From the NCBI RefSeq assembly GCF_009914755.1, contig NC_060926.1: a stretch of DNA of 64,000 nucleotides. One strand, 5' to 3'. Position 1 is the first letter of the stretch. Every line of letters begins with the position of its first letter. Positions 55,696 to 64,000 of the stretch are shown here, piece by piece. The position numbers and the translations under genes were made by a program. The notes below the pieces were generated by a model. It did no database searches and had not been told where the DNA came from. It worked only from the letters and a program-made list of their open reading frames with translations. This DNA is from the human T2T-CHM13v2.0 reference genome, Homo sapiens.

Positions 55696-56859
55696 TTTTT
55701 TTAAATCTTATGGTAGACTAAGGTACACACACAGAAAATGCTGAATGCCAGCATAAAAGCAGAGATTTTAAAGTGTCACCGCTTAGAATAATGTTTATTG
55801 CAGGGGTTTTAACCAGGTGCTGTTCAACAGATATAGGAAATTCCTATCTATTCCTACTTTGCAAGGAAATTCTTATGATTATTTATCCATATATTTAGAT
55901 TTTTAATATTTTTTTACTTCTTAACATTTTAATGTTATTTTAATGTATAAATTTATTCCTTATAGTCTTCATCCCTATTTCAATTCTTTCCTTCACCTCA
56001 TCATAGTCATTCGCATTGTCTCTTTCTATTGATAAGTTTCTACAAAATGCCTACTTTTTGTGTACACATGCATTATTTTAGTCAGTGTTTTACTGATATA
56101 CAATATGCAAAGGGAAAAGTGTCCAAATCATATGAATAGCTCAGTGAATTTTCACTAAGACCTCCTTATGTGGCCAGCGCTGACATCCCGACATCCAGCA
56201 CTCACACCCCGACATCTGGTCAGTCACTACCAGTCAAGAGTGAATTAGTGAATGACTTGTAACTTCACTATGATAATTTTCCCTGATGCCAAACTCTCTC
56301 CATATATAGATAGATAGATATCTATATATATACACACACATATATATCACATAATATTTTATGATGTATATCCACACTTTGCTTGTAGTTGCACTTTGTA
56401 TATTGTATTCGCTGTGTGAGGATGCCAACACTTCTCTGTACTACTTGTTGCTGGACACTGGTGCTGTTATGTGGTCTCGGTTGTAGTAGATGACACTTTA
56501 AACATCCTTTCATATGTCTTTAGATGGACATATTTGTGCAGCTCTGTTGAGCGAAAACCTGAGAGTGGAATTGCAGCTTGAATGTGCACATGTTCAGCTT
56601 TTGTAGAAACTGACAAGCAGTTTTCCAAAGTGGTTGCACCATCATAAACCCAGCAACTGTAAATGAGAATTGTGATTGTACCACACCTTTTGTAAACCTT
56701 GATATTCATTCACCCTCTTTGATTTTGTTCATTCTTTTGTGAGGTGATGTTGTTTTATTGTGGATCTGGTTTGCATTCTCTGCTGATTAAATCATGCTGC
56801 GCACCTTTCTATTTGTCATCAGTCATTCACATAGCCTTTTTATTTTGGGTATTATACAT

Positions 56860-57850
56860 TTTAATAGGCTTTATTTTTTATAGAGTTTTAGGTTTACAGC
56901 AAAATGGGACATAAAATATACAGATTTCCTATGTACTCCTAGTCCCCCTTCCCCAAACAGCCTCCCACACTATCAGCATCTCACACCAGAAGCTTCTTTT
57001 GTTACAATCAGTGAACCTCCATTGACAAGTCATTGTCACCCAAGTCTGGAGTTCAAACGAGGATACACTCTTGGTGTTGTACAATCTATGAGTCTGGACA
57101 AATCTGTAATGACAGGTAGGTATCCACCATTATAGTTTCATACAGAGTCACTTCACTGCCCTAAAATTCCTCTGTGCTCCACCTGCCCATTCTTCCCTCC
57201 CTCTCAACCCCTGACAGCCACTGATCTCTTTACTATCTCCATAGTGTGCCTTTTCCAGGTCAGATAGTTGGACTCGCACAATATGGAGCCTTTACAGACT
57301 GGCTCTTTCCCTTACTAACATGAATTTAAGCTTTCTTTGTGTCTTTATGTGGCTTGCCTTCTCCTTTTGTTTTAATGCTAAATCGTATTGTCTGGATAAA
57401 TCACTGTTTCTTCATTCACCTTCATATTGGTTGATTCCAAGTTTTTGCAATTATGAATAAAGCTGCTATAAACATTTCTGTGCAGGCTTTTGTGTGGACA
57501 TGTTTTCAGCTCCTTTGGGTAAATAGCAAAAAGCATGCCTGCTGGATGATATGGTGAAACTATGTTTAGTTTTGTGAGAGACTGCCACACCGTCTTCCAA
57601 CATGGCTGTACCATTTTGCATTCTCACCAGCAATGAATGAGAGTTCCTGTTGCTCTACATCTTCACCGGCATTTGGTATTGTCGGTGTTTTGAATTCCAG
57701 CCCTTCTAATTGGTGTGTGCTAGAATCCCATTGCTGTTTTAACTGGCAGTTCTCCAGTGACATGTTATTGAATATCTTCCCATATGCTTTTCTGCCATCT
57801 GTATGAATCATTTGATGAGAAATCTATTCAGATCTTTGCAGACTTTGAAA
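56860..57850 (-). mobile_element. L1MC1-like 3' end (antisense), nested among older L1M fragments spanning ~55700-61150
   Basis: cattatagtttcatacagagtcacttcactgccctaaaattcctctgtgctccacc, plus ORF2 C-terminal remnants at 57378-57811. Confidence 0.78.
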
Positions 57851-59009
57851 TTTGATTGTGTTATTCTCTTTTTTTCAGTTGCCTACTTGGGTCCTTGCCA
57901 GTGTTTCTCCTGGGTTGTTTTTTGTTTTTATTTTTACCGATTTAGGAGTTCTTTACATGTTATATGTATGAGTCTTTATCAAACATATGAGACACAAAGA
58001 TCTGTCACTCTATGGGTTCCCTTTTACTCTCTTGGTAATATTCACTGAACAGAATTTTTTTCCTTTTAATGTAGACTTAGTTTATCAATTGCTAATTTAC
58101 AATTACAACTTTTCCCCTTCTTTTCAATAAATCTTTACTCCAGAGTCATGAAATTAGTTTCATTTGTTTTCTTTTAAACACTTTATTGATTTACCTTTTA
58201 AATTTAGATCAAAATTCCAGCTAGAGTTTTTTCTTCTGTATGCTCTGAATTAGGGTTCAAAGTTTGTTTCCTTCCTATTTATTTTAGAGATTATTCTTTC
58301 CAAACTTCACTGCAATACCACATTTATCACAAATGTGGAGTTGCATATGTGGATTTTTTTTTTTGACTTTGTATTCTCTGTACTCCATTGGGCTATTTTC
58401 CTTGAGCAAATTTTCTATTGATTGAATTGCTCTAAGTTTATAATAGTTCCTGATATCTGGCAATATGAATCTTAAACTTTGTTTTCTTCCAGGATTTCCT
58501 TGACTATAGTTGGCCCTTTGCATTTCCATTTAAAATTTAGAGCCCCTTTATGAATTTTTATGACTTATTCTAGGATTATTATTAAACAGCTTCCAATAAC
58601 AATTATTGTTTTGAATATGTAGATTACTTAGGGGAGAAGTGACAACTTGAAAATAATTCATCAAATCCATAAACAAGATCTAGTCTGTAATTCATTTAGG
58701 TCTTCTTAAATTCCTCCCAATAATGTTTTGTAATTTTTATCACAGAAATTTTGCACATCTTTCATTAGATTTATTTCTAGATATGTTTAATGCTACTGTA
58801 AATTGCATGTTTTTATTTCAACTATTTTTTGTTGCTGATATGTTGAGACACTAAAAATATTGACATAATAAACTGATATTTTTATTAATTTCAAAGATTA
58901 ATTGCTTATCTGTTTTCATATCACATGCGTAGATACTTTTGGATTATCTCCATGCTCAATAATATCATCTATGAAAAATGCTGGTTTTATTTTTTCAATG
59001 TTTACACAT

Positions 59010-59110
59010 TTCCTTCCTCCCTCCCTCTCCCCCTTTCTTCCTCCCTCCCCCCCTTTCTTCCTCCCTCCCTCCTTCCTTTCCTCCCTTCCTCCCTTCCTCC
59101 CTTCCTTCCT
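59010..59110. repeat. (CCTT/CCT)n polypyrimidine tract
   Basis: About 100 bp of almost pure C/T. Confidence 0.9.
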
Positions 59111-59360
59111 GTTTGCTTTATGATTGTATTGGCTGGGAGCTGCAGTACCATGCCGTATTGAAGTGGTGCTGTTGAGCACCCTTTCCTCATTCCTTTTCTC
59201 GGGAATTTTCAAGCTTTACGCTGAGTATGACATGTGCTGTAAGTCTTTTGTAGACGTCTCTAACCAGTTATGGAAGCTCTCTTATTAAAAGGCTTTAGGT
59301 AACAACATTTGTCAACACTTTTTTGAGATTAATCAATGATCATATAAGTTCTTTGCTCAT

Positions 59361-59808
59361 ATGGTATGGTTGCCAGCCTGGAGGAAGGCACCTGGTATTC
59401 ACTCCCCTGTGCAACCCATCTGATTTGTACTCGGGGCAGCTTCTGTTGTCATGGTGTATGGCATATCTGATGATCTGCCATTCCTGATACTGGGCTATAA
59501 AGTCTGCAGTTTCTGTGCTGGGGGCAAGCATTTTTCCTCCTGGATCATTCTTTCCAGTATATGCCATGTTGTGAACTATCATTGGAGAGGCCCACGTGGC
59601 AAAACACTAAAGCCTCCGGCAGCCACCACAGGAGCGATCTGGAAGCAGATCTGCTGGCCACACCTGAGCCTTCAAAGACGGCAGCACCCCCAGCAGCTGG
59701 GCTGCAGTCTCTGCAGGACCCGGAGCCAGAAGCACTCAGCTGGGCTCTCACAGAATCCTGACATTCAGAGGCTGTTGGTTGTTGGATATTTTATTACACA
59801 ACATTAGA
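59361..59808 (+). mobile_element. MLT1 (MLT1E/F-like) MaLR LTR
   Basis: tgccatgttgtgaactatcattggagaggcccacgtggcaa...gagccagaagcactcagct...gaatcctgac. Confidence 0.7.
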
Positions 59809-60519
59809 GAACTCTTCCATGTTATGAATTACGCTGATTTTCAAATGGTAAACTACCCTTACATTTTTTATTGTAGTTGCTTTAAAAGTATTTTGCTTTT
59901 TATATTTTTTGGATTAGATTTCATAATATTTTATTTAGGATTTTTTTTAATTTATATTCATGGGGGTAATTGATAAGTAATTTTACTTTATTATAACCTT
60001 CTTGTTAGGTTCTGGTCTGCAGCTTAGGTTGGTTGTATAAATGAGTTTACTGGTAGTCATTGTTTTTCTATTCTCTGGAAAAGTTTGTATAGTATCCATG
60101 TTATTTATGAAATATTTAGAGGAATTCACTGGGCCCAGAGCTTACTTTGTGAAATAATTTTAATACTAAGTTCAACTTTTAAGTTACGTACAGGAATATT
60201 TATATTTTTATTTAATATTATATCTGTTTTAGCAAATTGCATGTTTTAAAGAGTTCATCCTTTGTACACAAATCACAAACTGTAAGGTAAAACATTCTTG
60301 CTATTTTCTTGTGTGCTTTTCATGTCTGCGGGACTCATAGTGGCTTCCCCCTTTCCTCATCTGGCTGCTTCTGTGTGTTCTCTCCTTATTTCTCACTTCT
60401 TCCAGAGAACTGTTCTTTGGCTTTGTTCATTAGTTGATTTGTCTTCTGTTTCATGTATTTCTGCTCGTATTTCCTTTATTCTCTTTCCTTTTTCTTGCTT
60501 TGCTTTTGGAAACTGAAAT

Positions 60520-60700
60520 CAGAGGTCTCTAAAGTGTTTTGAAAGCCACATGGTACCTTAGGATTACTGGCCATGTCGTCCTTTATAGACAATTCTGCCA
60601 TCCTTTCGTGGAAGCAGGTGAAGGGCCGTGGCTGTGTTCCAATAAAACTTGATTTACAGACACAGGCAGTGGACCTGAATGCTGGGTGGCCTACCCTGGG
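60520..60700 (+). mobile_element. MER58A-like hAT element
   Basis: Core gtggctgtgttccaataaaacttgatttacagacacaggcagtgg. Confidence 0.7.
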
Positions 60701-62903
60701 ATGAGGTCGCTGATTTTCACCTTTAGTTTCTGCATGCATTCCAGCTGTAAGTTATTCAGTTGCAGCTGCACTTCACAGGTTTTGAAAGTCGTAAGCTCAC
60801 AATCTGTTCAAAACACGTTCCAGTTTCCACTGCGAGTCCCCTCCTGGATCTGTGGTGATTTGTGAGTATGTTGCTAAACTTTTCAGGAGAGGAGATTTTC
60901 TGTTATCTTTTTCTGGTAGTTTTCCATTGCCACATATGTGAAAATAACATACTCTGACTTCAGTCCTTTGAGATTTTTGAGGTTTTCTTTATGACCCTGC
61001 GTTTTGTCCACGTAGGAAGGAGGGTGTTCTGCTGTTGCTGAACACAGTGTTCAACAGACATCAGTCAGCTTCCATTCCTTCACTGTGCTTTTCAGATCAG
61101 TGCAATGCTGATTTGTTCATGCTTCTAAAATGTAGGTAAGCAGGCTTATTTTTAATTCCTGAGTTTTTCATTATATGCTATGATTCTAGAAATGCATTAA
61201 AAGTTTTTTTATTGAAGATGAAAGTTATTTTGGCAAAAATATCAATTTTACATTACTGAAAACTTTAATAACATATAATTTTGTTGTTTCTTTATTCTTA
61301 AAATCTAGCTACTCCAGGAGGATGTGTTCTGGTGTTGACTGTTGATCAGTATCACTCCATCCCCCCCCACCCCCCCAGCCCTTTGCAGCTAAGTTGTGTC
61401 TCCTTGATGGCAGATGTCAGTTTCACGGAGACGTAATTGTTTCCAGGAGTATTATTTCTATGCCTTTTTATTGTTTTCCACTTTGGAAACATGAGTTACA
61501 TGCTAGGTATCCAGGTCGTGTTCATTTGGCATCCATCTCTGTCGTCCTCTCCACATCATCATTTCCCACCTCATTTGTGTGATGCAGTTAGGCCTCCATG
61601 TGGTGACTCTGGTTCTTGATTGTTTTCATTTGACTTTATTGCATTTTATTGTGGCATTGATTCTGATTACTTTAACCTGCATTCACCTTCCTTATCCTTT
61701 CCTCCATTCTTTTCTGAGCTGATGACTCCCTTTCAGGTAATTCTGTTTCCATGGTCCCTCCTTCTCACCTCCTCTTCTCCCTTCCTCCCTCCCTCCCTTT
61801 GTCCCCTCCTCTCCTCCCTCCCGCCCCCCTCTTGCTTCCATATGAGTGGGAGACCTCGTGTTCCCTCCTCCCTCTGCAGGCCCTGTGAGGTGCAGGATTA
61901 CAGGGATTTAACCTGCATGTCTTGGCCTTGTTGTTTGTGCAGCCCTCTAAGTGCTGCACCAGCATGACAGGCACCACGCCTGCCACCTGCACATGTCTGC
62001 TGGGGCACTGCGGACCCGTGTCATTGCCACCCTGATTCAGACGGGCGGACCTGAACCTTTGGTTGTTTCCCGTGGTGCGGCTCGGGGGTGTTCTGCCACC
62101 TTGTCAGGTGGTGGAAATTGGCCCTTTCTCCTGCATCCCTAAGCGTCAGACCTCAGCCGTTCCCACCCAAGAGAGGCGGCCCACACCTGGGCTGTGGCTG
62201 GAGCATCTTCACGGCACCAGGAGTTCACTCTTCTTCGTGCCAAGGAATTGGTTAATTCTTCTAGGATCTAGCATTTTTAATTATCTAACTCTAATGAGGG
62301 GTTTACGTAGAGGGCTTCGGGGATTTTCAGTATGGCTCTCTATTTGACTGAGTTTGAAGGATTCCTGAAAGGAAATCCCAAGCTCCTACTGTGGTTTTGT
62401 CACTCTTCCTAGCAGGTTTAGGATGCAGTCCTACATGGCTAGAGATGTTAGAGAAGGTCTCAGTAATATCCCTGTGAACCCCACAGAGCCGCCTTGGTGA
62501 TTCTGGGACCCCCTGGAGGTGACACATTCCTGAGACACCCCAGGGTACACAGCAATAGCATAATTAAGCCCCATGCTAATGAAGTCTTTTCCCCAGACCT
62601 TGGATCAGAATATCACTTGTTAATATTATCTGAAGTTAATGTTGATGTATTTTTGGATTTTCAAAGAGGTACATTTTCAAATGAAAAATCTAAATTGGGA
62701 AAATGAAGAAAGTAAAACAGAATAATGTAATTGTAATTAGGGTCTACTATTAAGCATTTGAAATACATGAGATGAAAATTAGCCATTTTAGAAGTTAAAA
62801 ATATTGCCAGGGTGATGGCTTTTTTTGTTTTGTTTTTGTTTTTGTTTTTTTTTCCCTATTGATTCCTTTGGTCTTTATTTCATTCAGAAAACAATTGCCT
62901 CTC

Positions 62904-63015
62904 ACCTCCTCTATCCAGCCTGCGTCAGGTACTGCTGTGTGAGTCTATAAATGCTGTTACCTCCTCTGTGCAGCCCACGTCAGGTACTGCTGTGTGTTGC
63001 TATAAATGCTGTTAA
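62904..63015. repeat. Two-copy tandem duplication, 55-bp period
   Basis: acctcctct..cagcc..cgtcaggtactgctgtgtg..ctataaatgctgtta at 62904 and 62959. Confidence 0.85.
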
Positions 63016-63262
63016 CTCTGCATTCACATTGTAGACGTGGCCCTGACTGCAGGGAGCCAAGAGAGAAGTGGCTTCATGTCATGGGCAGCGAAACAGGGGC
63101 TGTGTGAGAGGAGTGGGAATGTGAGCTTGCCCCGGCCCAGGCCATCTGCCTGACTGTGCAGTTCATGGCTTGGGGCCGCTCTGCTCGGGGCTTCTTTCTG
63201 TAAGTTTTTCATTTTGTGTAGGTGACTTTTTCCAGTGCTGTTGCCTAGAGTGGGTACCGTTT

Positions 63263-63390
63263 TCTGATGAGCCCACACAGAAAGAATGCATTTCCTCTCA
63301 CTGGAGGCTCACGACCTGCCTTGTGTCTGATGACCCACACAGAAAGAATGCATTTCCACCCACTGTGGAGGCTCACAACCTGCCTTGTGT
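63263..63390. repeat. Two-copy tandem duplication, ~63-bp period
   Basis: tctgatga(g)cccacacagaaagaatgcatttcc...ggaggctcac.acctgccttgtg at 63263 and 63326. Confidence 0.88.
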
Positions 63391-64000
63391 GGGTCAGGAT
63401 TTTTCATGGACGTCACTAGATCAGTGTGCTGAATGCCCATCGAGACAAAAATACTAATTTTGAGTCAGTGTGATGCCAGAAATGTTTTTATCAAGTAGCA
63501 GGTACAACTATTTATCAGTTTTAATATGAAAATGTTAGTCATTCATAGAGATCAAACCATGTTGCAGAAATTCAGATTTGGAAGAAACCCGGAACAGTAA
63601 TTGATCTTATCCATTCTCCTAGGGTTATCATGAAGGATTTAACAGTGTGAACATTTCCATTTTCTAAGGTGACCGTGCCTTTATTTTGATGGCTCTGAAT
63701 TGTATTTTCCATTCAGTTGCAGCACCAGCCCTCCCTTGATGTGCAGAATGAGCAGGTGTCTTTAGGAGTGAGGCTGGGGCACGACTGAATGCAAATTAGC
63801 CCTTGCCCAGACAGAAGACAGTCTCATCTCACCAGCGGTATTTCCTGGAGGGTCTGATCTGTCCTGGACATGCGGTGGGTCGCGGGGACTGCAGCTTCAT
63901 CTCTCAGACGGCTCCTTGTCCCCACTGTTTCAGAGTGGACACAGGGAGAAGGGGTGAGGCAGCTGGGACCCAGGCGGCTCCTCTGGCTCCCATCTTGGTG

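Overview
Human genomic DNA, identified by a human-specific pre-Ta L1HS insertion plus primate Alu and L1PA elements. It looks intronic or intergenic. I found no credible protein-coding gene, tRNA, rRNA or CRISPR array; the ORF track mostly reflects L1/Alu remnants, stop-free tandem repeats and chance ORFs. The window is dominated by transposon fossils (two long degenerate L1s, many L1M fragments, 8 Alus, MaLR/ERV1 LTRs, MER2/MER58/MER5 DNA transposons, L2/MIR). It is rich in minisatellites (61-64, 37, 18, 83/69 and 33 bp units) and two-copy duplications, which suggests a distal chromosome arm. Best second-look items: (1) a short L1PA2-type insertion with an apparent 3' transduction; (2) a 5'-truncated pre-Ta L1HS with a perfect 14-bp TSD; (3) an 83-bp VNTR carrying GATA, E-box and SMAD motifs, with one unit switched to a perfect ROR/REV-ERB element; (4) an ~80-bp nested palindrome forming a pre-miRNA-sized hairpin; (5) VNTRs apparently seeded inside old LINEs. 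Subfamily names come from recalled consensus sequences and need RepeatMasker/Dfam confirmation. The host locus was not identified, and I found no evidence for a novel multi-gene system.
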